A stretch of 64,000 nt of DNA from a virus (lineage: Duplodnaviria > Caudoviricetes): positions 1 to 64,000 of IMG/VR virus record IMGVR_UViG_3300042275_000327. The stretch is one strand, 5' to 3'. A program made the position numbers and the translations under genes. Under the pieces are notes generated by a model. That model saw nothing but the letters and a program-made list of their open reading frames with translations, ran no database searches and had not been told where the DNA came from. Positions 18,124 through 27,293 of this stretch are shown piece by piece; the stretch's first letter is position 1; every line of letters starts with the position of its first letter.

Positions 18124-18504
18124 ATGAAAGAAATGACAATAGAAGAAGCAATCTCTCATTGTTTGGATAATGTAAAGAAAGAAATGAAAGCTTTGCACTT
18201 ACAGTGTGCCCTTGAACACTTGCAATTAGCAGAATGGCTGATCAGTTTTGAAAGCTATAAATCCAAAGCAGAGTCTTATGACAGGTTGATCACAAATAGA
18301 GAGGAAACAATTCAAGGGTTTATTGAGAAATATTGGGACAAACAAGTAACTGACTTCCATTTGAGGATAGATAGTAGAAATTCATTTTATATTCATCCTG
18401 ATTTGATTAGTGGTGATACTGTCAATTTTGAGGTATGTGGAAACAGTTTGAAAACCATTTGTTATGATGCTTTACCAGATGAATGGAGGGAAAAAGATGA
18501 TTAA
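18124..18504 (+). CDS. Hypothetical protein
   Basis: MTIEEAISHC...CALEHLQLAEWL, a common phage motif. Confidence 0.6.
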   Translation: MKEMTIEEAISHCLDNVKKEMKALHLQCALEHLQLAEWLISFESYKSKAESYDRLITNREETIQGFIEKYWDKQVTDFHLRIDSRNSFYIHPDLISGDTVNFEVCGNSLKTICYDALPDEWREKDD

Positions 18505-18583
18505 AGTGGTTGCCTTCTGGATTGTTATGGCTGCTGTTATGCTTTTTTGGAATTGGTGTGCTCATAAGGATGATGAATTCTAG

Positions 18584-18778
18584 ATGATAATTTTAATTCT
18601 TTCTACAATCTTTCATGCTATTCTCTATTTTGTAGTTGTTCTTGTCTATCTTATCTCTATTTGTATTATTTATCTAGCAGTTTGTCTTATCACTGTCATC
18701 TTCTATCTTATCTATTTCTTCTGTAAAATTTTTCATATCAAATATCCAAAAATAATAAAAGAAATATTTGAAAACTAA
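18584..18778 (+). CDS. Small hydrophobic membrane protein
   Basis: Almost entirely hydrophobic. Confidence 0.5.
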   Translation: MIILILSTIFHAILYFVVVLVYLISICIIYLAVCLITVIFYLIYFFCKIFHIKYPKIIKEIFEN

Positions 18779-18811
18779 TGAGTATACTTTAAATATAAAG
18801 GAGAATTAGAA

Positions 18812-19045
18812 ATGATTGAGTCCAAGATTAATACAGCTAGAGTTGAAAAAGAATTTCCAAAATTGATGGTTTATGATGGTCTGATTGTTTTGATGAAAAT
18901 GAAAACACAATTTCATTATTCAGGAATTGTTTTATCAACTAGAGAAGATGAACTTGATTGGGTAGTAGGAGACTACTCTGATTCATGGTCACCAGACTTA
19001 TTTATTGATTTTAATGGTAGTGTAACAATAAGAAATAAAGGATAA
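18812..19045 (+). CDS. Hypothetical protein
   Basis: AAGGAG RBS; FPKLM...GIVL...GSVTIRN; AGAAAT-N17-TATACT upstream. Confidence 0.6.
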   Translation: MIESKINTARVEKEFPKLMVYDGLIVLMKMKTQFHYSGIVLSTREDELDWVVGDYSDSWSPDLFIDFNGSVTIRNKG

Positions 19046-19053
19046 AATTAGAG

Positions 19054-19428
19054 ATGGATAAATATAGAACTCTTGCATCAAAAATTTTTAACAAGACATC
19101 TGAAGAGATCTCCTCTGATCAAAGAAGAATAGCAAAAACTATTGGATTTGGAACTTCCTATGGAGGATATCTAAAGATGAATACTAAGAAAGAACTTGAT
19201 AATATAGAAAACTTTGTTTCAGGATTATCAAAAGAACAGTTTGATACTCTCTTTCGTAAAAACCTCTCATCAGAATTTCCTGACCTTGATATGGATTGGG
19301 AAGATGTTAGACAAACTCAAGAATCTATAAAGGATTCTTTCAATCTATTAGATTATGATACATTTGAAAAAAGACTTTTTGCCTTTCTTGATTCACAGGG
19401 AAAAAGTCCATCGGAGGAAAAAAGATGA
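19054..19428 (+). CDS. Small protein composed of DNA-polymerase motif fragments
   Basis: QRRIAKTIGFGTSYG (PolA motif B-like), FPDLDMDW (DnaE-like), DYDTFEKRLFAFL (PolA motif A-like). Confidence 0.6.
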   Translation: MDKYRTLASKIFNKTSEEISSDQRRIAKTIGFGTSYGGYLKMNTKKELDNIENFVSGLSKEQFDTLFRKNLSSEFPDLDMDWEDVRQTQESIKDSFNLLDYDTFEKRLFAFLDSQGKSPSEEKR

Positions 19429-20057
19429 AAATTGACCAGCTATTTGAAGATGCAGTAGAACCTATTGCTGAGAAAATTTCTGCTAGAAAACAAATGACAA
19501 GAGTTGCTTCTAGAACCATAAGAGATTTCAAACGAAAGAAAAAGTCTATTGAAAGAGGACATCTTAATTACCTGAAAGATCTTGTTCACTATAAAGGAAT
19601 GAACAAGTCCCCTCTTGAGATTGATCCTGATAGTAAATATGATGACAAGATGACAAAGATCTTTTCTAAGCTTCTTGAGCTGATAAATATTGTTAGATCA
19701 TATGGGATGGATGATATTTTATCAGAGTATATTCAGGCTCTTGAAGATAATGATATTTATTTGTCTTTCAATTCACCAGAATCAAAATTTACAGAAGAAG
19801 AACTACAAGAAATCAAAGAGACTATCTATAAGATGAATAATTTTCAGACAATCATCTGTGATAATGCTAATATAGTAAAAGATGAGCTTGCTCCAGAAGC
19901 AGAGAAAGAAGATTTTTCCAAAGCTTCAGAATTTCCTGTTCTAGCAAAAATCTACTATGATAAAGAAAAACTAGAAAAAGATCTAACTGAAAAAGGAAAT
20001 AGAATTCTTGAAAAAATGGATAAGACTAAGAAAGCATATGAATATGTTTTACAATAA
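19425..20057 (+). CDS. Hypothetical helical protein
   Basis: GGAGG RBS, ATGA overlap. Confidence 0.65.
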   Translation: MKIDQLFEDAVEPIAEKISARKQMTRVASRTIRDFKRKKKSIERGHLNYLKDLVHYKGMNKSPLEIDPDSKYDDKMTKIFSKLLELINIVRSYGMDDILSEYIQALEDNDIYLSFNSPESKFTEEELQEIKETIYKMNNFQTIICDNANIVKDELAPEAEKEDFSKASEFPVLAKIYYDKEKLEKDLTEKGNRILEKMDKTKKAYEYVLQ

Positions 20058-20246
20058 GGTAAAGATCTAAAAATGAAAAAGGATTATTGGAAGAGAATAG
20101 CAAGACTTAGGAAAAATATGTATCTATATTCTTGGACTTCTTATACTACTTCAGAATATCCCTTTTACAAAACAATAAAAGGAAGAATGAAGAAAGTAAA
20201 AGATGATGGAACAATCTATATCTATTAAATAAGGAAAAATACAAAA

Positions 20247-20681
20247 ATGGTAAAGTCATCAGCAAACATTGATCCTCTAACGGGAAAGCTCTATGTTGCT
20301 AGAGGTCATGGGTACATCATGAATATGGCAACAGCTTTTTGTGGAGTATATCATCAGGCTCCTTACGAATGCCAAGGATTCATCAATGAAGAAAATGAAT
20401 ATCTAAATAGAAAAGAAGCTTTTGCAGAAGCTATGAGATGTGAACAAATAACTGAAGATATGTATGGAAATCAAAATCTTTATTCAGAAGATATTTGGGA
20501 ACAGATAGAAGACAAATTCTATGAACTTTCTGCTACTGAAAAGACAAAACAGATTGCTGATGAAGTAGTTTCAAAATACGGAAGAAAACAATTTACAGAA
20601 ACAGAAGAGCGTATCAGACGAGCTATGAAAGTAATCTTAGCTGATTCATATTTTGAGAAATATCTTAGGGAGAGAGTATGA
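20247..20681 (+). CDS. Conserved phage protein
   Basis: QGFI...YLNRKEAF..A...QI...LYSEDIW motif. Confidence 0.65.
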   Translation: MVKSSANIDPLTGKLYVARGHGYIMNMATAFCGVYHQAPYECQGFINEENEYLNRKEAFAEAMRCEQITEDMYGNQNLYSEDIWEQIEDKFYELSATEKTKQIADEVVSKYGRKQFTETEERIRRAMKVILADSYFEKYLRERV

Positions 20682-21049
20682 TTCAAACAGAGCTTAAAAA
20701 AGTCTATAGAGTATTTGATCCTTCTGGAAAGGAAGGACTGTGGTATACTTCTGATAAGATTCAGACAAACAAAATTAAAAGAATACTTCCAGAGAATGAT
20801 ATGCCAATGGATAGATCAGCTGTTTATAGTCTTAATGATAAAATTTGGAGATCTTCTGCTTGTTCTTTTGAACAGTTGAAGTATTGGTTTTCTTTTGATG
20901 AATTATCAAAATTAATTTCTAATGGATTTATTCTAGGAGAATTTCTTGTTACAGAATGGATGGATCTACTTCATGGAGAAGTAATATTCAGTGAGGGATC
21001 ACTGAAAAGAGTAATTGATATAGACAGTCTTAAGGAAATAAAAATATGA
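20678..21049 (+). CDS. Hypothetical phage protein
   Basis: YRV...GLWY...LKYWF motif. Confidence 0.6.
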   Translation: MIQTELKKVYRVFDPSGKEGLWYTSDKIQTNKIKRILPENDMPMDRSAVYSLNDKIWRSSACSFEQLKYWFSFDELSKLISNGFILGEFLVTEWMDLLHGEVIFSEGSLKRVIDIDSLKEIKI

Positions 21050-21588
21050 TTCTAAACTATTGGGGATTAGTAAGAGCAAAAGAGAAAAACTCTGAAAGAT
21101 GGGTAGAAGGAACATATCATAGACATGTACATATGTATAAAACTCTTAATGATGAAAAAGCAGAAATATACCAAGAAATAATTTCTCATCTTGTAATTGT
21201 TGATGATGTCTGTAGAGGAAGTTCAAAAAATATTTCTTTTTTCGAAGTAATTCCTGAAACAATCAGTCCATATACTGGAAGAAAAGACAAATATGGAATA
21301 AAAATTTTTGTTCATGACATAGTGAGACCAAATTATTTTGACGGTAAATATTTTGAGGTTCTTCCTTGTGAAGGAAAAAGCGGACTTGAATGGCATCTTG
21401 GTGCTATCTCTAACTATTGGACAGGCAGAGAAGTAGAAATAATTGGGAATACTATAGATGATCCAAAGATGATGGAGAATGTTCCTGATGATTTGAATGC
21501 TCTACAAATATTTAATAGTGAGATAAATACTCAAAGAACAGATGAAGTAATATTGAAAATGTTTTATGAAGCAATGGCAAAGAAGTAA
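21046..21588 (+). CDS. YopX-family protein
   Basis: RAK...WVEG...PETISPYTGRKDKYGIKIFVHDIV...EIIGN. Confidence 0.75.
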   Translation: MILNYWGLVRAKEKNSERWVEGTYHRHVHMYKTLNDEKAEIYQEIISHLVIVDDVCRGSSKNISFFEVIPETISPYTGRKDKYGIKIFVHDIVRPNYFDGKYFEVLPCEGKSGLEWHLGAISNYWTGREVEIIGNTIDDPKMMENVPDDLNALQIFNSEINTQRTDEVILKMFYEAMAKK

Positions 21589-21665
21589 AAAGAAGAAAAA
21601 GTTTTTCATGCCAAAGAAAAAAGACTAGTGAAGAATTCTGAAGGAAAATATAGAAAGGTAAATAA

Positions 21666-22379
21666 ATGAGAACATTAGTAATTGGTGATATCCATGGTGG
21701 ATATAAGGCCATGATGCAAGTTCTGGAAAGAGCAAATTTTAATCTACAAGAGGATACTCTGATTGGATTAGGAGATTATGCAGATGGATGGCCAGAAGTA
21801 TTTGAGACAATAGAGTATCTAAGAAATCTTCCTAACTTCATTAGTGTTCTTGGCAATCATGACGATTGGCTTCTGGATTACCTGACAGCTGGGAACACCC
21901 CATTCATTTGGACTTCACAGGGAGGAACTGTTTCTATAAAGAGTTATGCAGGAGTCTCTCAGGAGCTCAAGGAAGCCCACAGAGAGTTTCTTCAGTCTTT
22001 TCCTTATTATTATATTACTAATGATAAATTATTCATCCATGGAGGTCCTACACCTGTAGAAAATGGAGTCAGAATTGATCTCATAAGTGGATATGATATG
22101 ATGTGGAGTAGAGAGCTCTTTAAAGATGTAGCTTATTCAGTATTTTACAATAAAGATATAGGTATCAAGACAGATCCATTTAAAGAAATTTACATTGGAC
22201 ATACAACCACACAGATGGTCCAACCAGATTTTACTCCAGTATCCAAATATGGGATATACATGTTGGATCAAGGAGCTGGATGGAATGGAAAATTGACTGT
22301 AATGGACATAGATACAAAGGAATATTGGCAGTCTGATCTTGTACCAACCCTGTATCCAGAAATAAAAGGAAGAAAATAA
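21666..22379 (+). CDS. Metallophosphoesterase (Ser/Thr protein phosphatase-like)
   Basis: GDIHG, LGDYADG, GNHD, FIHGG, IGHT, LDQG. Confidence 0.9.
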   Translation: MRTLVIGDIHGGYKAMMQVLERANFNLQEDTLIGLGDYADGWPEVFETIEYLRNLPNFISVLGNHDDWLLDYLTAGNTPFIWTSQGGTVSIKSYAGVSQELKEAHREFLQSFPYYYITNDKLFIHGGPTPVENGVRIDLISGYDMMWSRELFKDVAYSVFYNKDIGIKTDPFKEIYIGHTTTQMVQPDFTPVSKYGIYMLDQGAGWNGKLTVMDIDTKEYWQSDLVPTLYPEIKGRK

Positions 22380-22399
22380 AAAAGAATTTTGAATATACT
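22371..22399 (+). promoter_or_regulatory. Class II promoter-like site
   Basis: AGAAAA-N17-TATACT. Confidence 0.45.
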
Positions 22400-22422
22400 C
22401 TTTATATAGAGGAAAGATAAAC

Positions 22423-22734
22423 ATGTTAAAAACTGAATATATCACAGATGAAAAGCAATTCCCTAACAATTATGACACTCATTTCAATCACAGACCTGAA
22501 GGATCTGTAGAAATTTCAGAAGAAGAATTCTTCAATGAATTACTTTGTTGGAATTGGGACTTCATAGACAGTAAACAGATCACAGACGATGTAATGAGGT
22601 TTATAGAGAAATCTAGAATCTTCATGATGAGCACAAGATTTGGAGTTGTTGGAATCTATGTTGGTATCAGCTCAAAAGATAACTCCAAGAAATTTTACAA
22701 ATTTGGTCCTTGGAAAGAATTTTATGGATTTTAG
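22423..22734 (+). CDS. Hypothetical protein
   Basis: GAGG RBS. Confidence 0.6.
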   Translation: MLKTEYITDEKQFPNNYDTHFNHRPEGSVEISEEEFFNELLCWNWDFIDSKQITDDVMRFIEKSRIFMMSTRFGVVGIYVGISSKDNSKKFYKFGPWKEFYGF

Positions 22735-22745
22735 AAAACTTTTTA

Positions 22746-22774
22746 TTTACAAGACAAAGAATGTAGTATATAGT
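22746..22774 (+). promoter_or_regulatory. Sigma70-like early promoter (class I)
   Basis: TTTACA-N17-TATAGT. Confidence 0.7.
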
Positions 22775-22806
22775 AAAAATATATCAAATATTGAGGAGAG
22801 TCAAAA

Positions 22807-23301
22807 ATGACAAAATTGTATGGAATTCGAATTAGAGTAAAGTTAGAAAACATAAATCCTCTGATAGAGTTTATTGATTCCTTTAGAAAAAATCATGAAG
22901 GATTTATCTATGAGCATGAAGTTACTTTGGACTTCATTTCTCCAATTGTAAGAATTTTGTTCAAAGACCAGATGTCAAAGAGTTACTTCTTTGGAACAAA
23001 TTCTATTGATGTTACCTTAGAAAAAGAATGGGAACTCTATCTGAAAGAGCCTGAGAAGAAAAATACAAAAATTGTGATCTCAGAAAAGAATATCAAATCA
23101 GAAATAGAGAACTCCAAAGGATTGAAAAGAGAAGCTTGGAAATATTTTCGTAATTATTATCATGATATTGGAACCATGCATAGATATGCTTATCTCACTT
23201 ATTGTGAGACCTGCGGAAGCTGGTCAGTTCTAGAAACTCCATATGATGATACAGAAGAGAAAACTCTGAAAGATTGTTCTCATTGTTTGGGAGAGAAATA
23301 A
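22807..23301 (+). CDS. Hypothetical protein with C-terminal Zn ribbon
   Basis: CETCG...CSHC. Confidence 0.65.
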   Translation: MTKLYGIRIRVKLENINPLIEFIDSFRKNHEGFIYEHEVTLDFISPIVRILFKDQMSKSYFFGTNSIDVTLEKEWELYLKEPEKKNTKIVISEKNIKSEIENSKGLKREAWKYFRNYYHDIGTMHRYAYLTYCETCGSWSVLETPYDDTEEKTLKDCSHCLGEK

Positions 23302-23302
23302 T

Positions 23303-23596
23303 ATGTGGAATACTATTGTATTTGTAACCTTTGGAGTTCTTATTCTGGTATCTGTCATCTATGATGTAATCACCACAAAGAGATCTAAGGTAAGAGAAGA
23401 AGTTCTCGAAGTTGAAAATATTCTTATAGACTATGCAATAGAAAATGGAGTATTGTTTTCTTCTCAAATAAAAAGTATTCTTGATGAAGGAAAAGTCAGA
23501 TTTGCAGGGTTTGCTCTTGATGATCTTATCAAGCAACAAATATTTGGAATAGATCTTCAGAGCAAAGAATTGTGTTTTATCTATTTGAAGGATTAA
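23303..23596 (+). CDS. Hypothetical protein with N-terminal TM
   Basis: Hydrophobic N-terminus. Confidence 0.6.
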   Translation: MWNTIVFVTFGVLILVSVIYDVITTKRSKVREEVLEVENILIDYAIENGVLFSSQIKSILDEGKVRFAGFALDDLIKQQIFGIDLQSKELCFIYLKD

Positions 23597-23600
23597 AAAT

Positions 23601-24395
23601 ATGGATCACTACAAAATTATTTATGATGAAAACCAAGTAAGAGAATTCTACAGAATTCTTCCAAGACTGAAGCCAGCAGAAGTATATTTTCTCTCTATGT
23701 CTGCTAGAAATAAGTATTTATCAGAAGAAGAGAGAAAAGTCTTGAATCTTGGAAGAACAGAAATGTATGCAAAGACAATCATTCGTCATGATTCAGAAGA
23801 TGAATTTGTAAAGCATATTCGAAGACTTGAATGTGATGTGAGAGGATATACAACCAGAACTGGAAATCCAATTCCAGAAAGATGTTTTGTATGCTATGGA
23901 AATATCTGTCCTTCTGATACAATCAAGACAATCAAACGATTTCAAGATCTTTTGTCAGAATATATGAGTGAGTCTCTGAATCTCTCATTGAACTCTGGAG
24001 ATAGAGAGAAATTTCTGAATAGACTCAATAAAATAGATAATAATCTTATGTCTTATTATCAACAGAGTCATTCTAGCAAAATATGGTTTGATCTTGACAT
24101 AGATCTGAATAATAAGGATCTTATTCCTTCTGGAAAGATCATTCTTATCAGAAGACTTATTCAATTATCTCTAGAGTCTTTTAAGCTAGAAGGATTCAGA
24201 ATGATCTCAACAAGATCTGGATTTCATGTCTTGATTCTAAAGAATCAGATAAAATTCAATCCAAAAGTTCTCTGTGACGCAATCACAGAATCTGTTGGAG
24301 AGAATTTTATACAAGAAGTTGTTCACAATAAGAATGAGATGGTACCAATTCCTGGTACCTATCAAGCTGGATATCCAGTAAGTTTTATTAATTGA
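23601..24395 (+). CDS. Putative AEP (primase-polymerase) superfamily protein
   Basis: FDLDID (DxD), STRSGFHV (SxxGxH), PIPGT. Confidence 0.55.
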   Translation: MDHYKIIYDENQVREFYRILPRLKPAEVYFLSMSARNKYLSEEERKVLNLGRTEMYAKTIIRHDSEDEFVKHIRRLECDVRGYTTRTGNPIPERCFVCYGNICPSDTIKTIKRFQDLLSEYMSESLNLSLNSGDREKFLNRLNKIDNNLMSYYQQSHSSKIWFDLDIDLNNKDLIPSGKIILIRRLIQLSLESFKLEGFRMISTRSGFHVLILKNQIKFNPKVLCDAITESVGENFIQEVVHNKNEMVPIPGTYQAGYPVSFIN

Positions 24396-24409
24396 AGGAG
24401 AAAAGTAAA

Positions 24410-24745
24410 ATGTATGAAACAACAGCAAAAGAATCTATGATTGGAAAAACTCAGAATTATAGTGACAAAGAGTATGGCTATATCTCTAAAGGGGAATCTG
24501 TTGAAGCTGAAAAGAGGATAGGAGCTATAGAGAATCTTGTTTATAGAACAAGTGATCTTAGTAATGAAGCAGAGAAATTATCTGAAAGAATTGTTCTATC
24601 AGCAAAAATAAATTTTGGCTTAAAGACATTAGAAGAGACTAAGCCTGGAGAATATCCAGAGAGCAATATTGAGAGGATTTTGTATAATCTTGATATAGTT
24701 GCTAAGACATTTACTGACATAGACAGTCTATTAAAGGAGATATAA
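24410..24745 (+). CDS. Hypothetical coiled-coil protein
   Basis: AAGGAG RBS before ATG 24410. Confidence 0.55.
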   Translation: MYETTAKESMIGKTQNYSDKEYGYISKGESVEAEKRIGAIENLVYRTSDLSNEAEKLSERIVLSAKINFGLKTLEETKPGEYPESNIERILYNLDIVAKTFTDIDSLLKEI

Positions 24746-25267
24746 ATGGCTAAAGAAGAAGAATACAAAAGCTACATAAGAAGCCATAGAGAAAATGTAA
24801 AGAATGCATTTACATTTTGGAGAAGAACAGATGATGCTCAGAATCTTTTTGGAGGGGAAGGATTGGAAAATATGGAAAGTCTTATTGGAAACCATGATCT
24901 TTCTAAATATTCCACAGAAGAATTTGATGCTTATCGAAAGAATTTCTTTCCTTATGAGAATGAAGTTTCAGATGAATCAGCTTTCAGCGATGCTGTTCTT
25001 CATCACTACAATCACAATCCTCATCATTGGGAATATTGGGTCATACCGAGGAATCCAGAGAATGAGCTTATTCCTATTCCAATGAGATTCCTAGTAGAAA
25101 TGCTCTGTGACTGGACAGCAATGAGTTTTCAGAAGGGAGGATCTGTGATTAGCTGGTTTGAAGAAAATCAGGAAGAAATGGTTTTACATTCTGAGACAAA
25201 AGAGTCTATAAGATATCTTCTTCCTGGTTTTCAGTATGTTTTAGAATTAATGAGAGTAAAAGGATAA
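24746..25267 (+). CDS. HD-like metal-binding protein (DUF5662-like)
   Basis: HRENV, HDLSKY, HHY.HNPHHWEYW, EMLCDW. Confidence 0.75.
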   Translation: MAKEEEYKSYIRSHRENVKNAFTFWRRTDDAQNLFGGEGLENMESLIGNHDLSKYSTEEFDAYRKNFFPYENEVSDESAFSDAVLHHYNHNPHHWEYWVIPRNPENELIPIPMRFLVEMLCDWTAMSFQKGGSVISWFEENQEEMVLHSETKESIRYLLPGFQYVLELMRVKG

Positions 25268-25272
25268 CAAAG

Positions 25273-26425
25273 ATGATAACTAATAATAGCCCAAGTGGTC
25301 CACCAAAGAATAGAGTAAAGAATGATAATCTTTTTAATCTTGCTGTAGATTTATACCCTCTAAAAAGAAAAGGAAGAATTTCAATTGAGATAAACAGTGA
25401 AAACAAAGAAGGACTTATAGAATTTAGAGACAACTATGAAACTTCCTTCATGGTCATCAGGATTCGTTTTGAGGGTCCTAGTAAGTTTGATCCTCCTTAT
25501 ACTGTTGTAAATACTGTTAATGTCTATGTAGATAGAGTAGAACTTGAACTTGAAAGACAAGACTATCAAGGAATTTACAGAACAATGGTATCCATTCTTG
25601 AGAAAGAAAGAGAGTTCATAAAAAACAAGAATGAAGAAGACAAGCAAGATTTATTTTCTTTCTTGAAAGAGCTTAAAAAGGAGTATGGAATAAAATGATC
25701 AACAGCAAAGACCTATTGAAAGAACTGAGAGAGTTGACTATAAAATATCTAGAACTAAAAGGTCCAACTGATCTTGTAAGATCAACTAATGAAGAAGGAA
25801 CAGAAGTCAATTTCAGTCTATATGTAGATGGAATGAAAAATGATATTGATGTTCAATTCAAATTTAGTACTTGTGGTTATACAACTTCTCTCTGTTTCTT
25901 CTACAAATATAAACAAATAGAAGATTCTGATATAGAACTGGACATATTGAAAATTCTCATGTATTCATTACAAAAAGAGATTTTTAGAAAGACAGAACAA
26001 CAGGATTTGTATGATGATCTAGAGGTTTTATCAAAAGGAGTTCTGGAGCCATGAGTATGATAAAGAAAGGAGATTCAACTGGAGAAGATCTAGAGAGATT
26101 AAAACATCTTGGAAATCAATTTATCAATTTTAATTGTCCAAGTAAGCTCATCAGTCATTTTGATGAAAAAGATGAGTCAATAGATTTCCATTTAGAGAAT
26201 CAAGGGCTGAAAGGATATTTTGATTTCTATCTCTATAGAGGAGCTTGGTCTGAAGAATTAGAAGCTTATTGTAATTATAATGGAAAGAGAATGGAAGTAC
26301 CAGAACAATTAAGAATTCTTCATATATTGATAATGATCCTTGAAAAAGCTATCAAGGAAAAAGAGGAAGAATCTATCCTTATGAAAGATATTGATCTTCT
26401 AGAAAAGACTTGGGAAAAAGTATGA
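25273..26425 (+). other. Three tandem paralog-like hypothetical genes (25273..25698, 25695..26054, 26051..26425)
   Basis: Similar length and shared C-terminal pattern IL..L...LEK/LQK...DL..L.K. Confidence 0.5.
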
Positions 26426-26694
26426 TGAAAGCATTTGAAGTAATTGATAAGAGTGATTCCAATTTACAGACTGTGATTGCATTTGCAGAAAGTAGAATGA
26501 AAGCAAAGAGCCTAGCAAACAAGAAGTTCTTCAAGAAGTCCAGATACTTTGATCTGAATGCAAGAAGATGTCCTAAACTTGATAACTATTTTACTGTAAG
26601 AACAATTATTACAGGAGAAGACAAGAAGGATTATCCTTGTTTAGAAAAAGCTGGATGGCTCATATTAAAAGAACAGAAGAAAACAGAATTCTAG
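26422..26694 (+). CDS. Hypothetical phage protein
   Basis: MKAF...IAFAESRMKAKSLA...ARRCPKLD. Confidence 0.6.
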   Translation: MMKAFEVIDKSDSNLQTVIAFAESRMKAKSLANKKFFKKSRYFDLNARRCPKLDNYFTVRTIITGEDKKDYPCLEKAGWLILKEQKKTEF

Positions 26695-26873
26695 GCTCTG
26701 AATGCAAAGAATGCTACTATACAAACAGAATATCATTTAGTGTAATCTCCTTTTCACAATGCAAGAGTTGTGGGAAGGAGATTGTCTTTTCTAGTACAGA
26801 TGTTGACATGTATTGTCTAGACTGTGCTAGAGAGCTGAATGTTTGTAAAAGATGTGGAAGAAAATTAGATTGA
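26637..26873 (+). CDS. Zn-finger protein (start uncertain)
   Basis: Four CxxC pairs. Confidence 0.45.
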   Translation: MFRKSWMAHIKRTEENRILGSECKECYYTNRISFSVISFSQCKSCGKEIVFSSTDVDMYCLDCARELNVCKRCGRKLD

Positions 26874-27292
26874 GAAAAAGAACATTTCTAGAATGGGCAA
26901 ATTTCCTTCATATGCATATTGCTATGGATAAAGACAAGACAGCTTGGGCTTTCACAAGTAGACCAAAAATAGATCTACAGGAACAAGCTTGGATTCCAAG
27001 AAAAGAAGAGATCTACTTTTCTCTTCCAGAAAATTCTTTTTCTTTTGATGGAGACTGGAAATACAGTCTTAGATGTCCAGATTGTAATGATTATGAGATC
27101 TCTGTAGAAGAAACATTTGAATTAAATGAAAATATATTTGTCTGTCTTCCTTCTAGAACACATACTTGTGAAGAATGTGATCTCAAAAATTCTAGTCTAT
27201 GTGTTAGAGCTCCAGAATGCATGAGTTCTATACGAACAGACAGAACAGATATGATATTTAAACTATATAACTGTACAAAGGAGAACGAATAA
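26870..27292 (+). CDS. Cys-rich hypothetical protein
   Basis: IAMDKD..AWAF...P; CEECDL...C...C..RTD. Confidence 0.55.
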   Translation: MRKRTFLEWANFLHMHIAMDKDKTAWAFTSRPKIDLQEQAWIPRKEEIYFSLPENSFSFDGDWKYSLRCPDCNDYEISVEETFELNENIFVCLPSRTHTCEECDLKNSSLCVRAPECMSSIRTDRTDMIFKLYNCTKENE

Positions 27293-27293
27293 A

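Noticed and set aside
19054-19428. Functional DNA polymerase or split polA gene
   Set aside because: Only 124 aa, motifs out of order, and neighbouring ORFs show no polymerase sequence.
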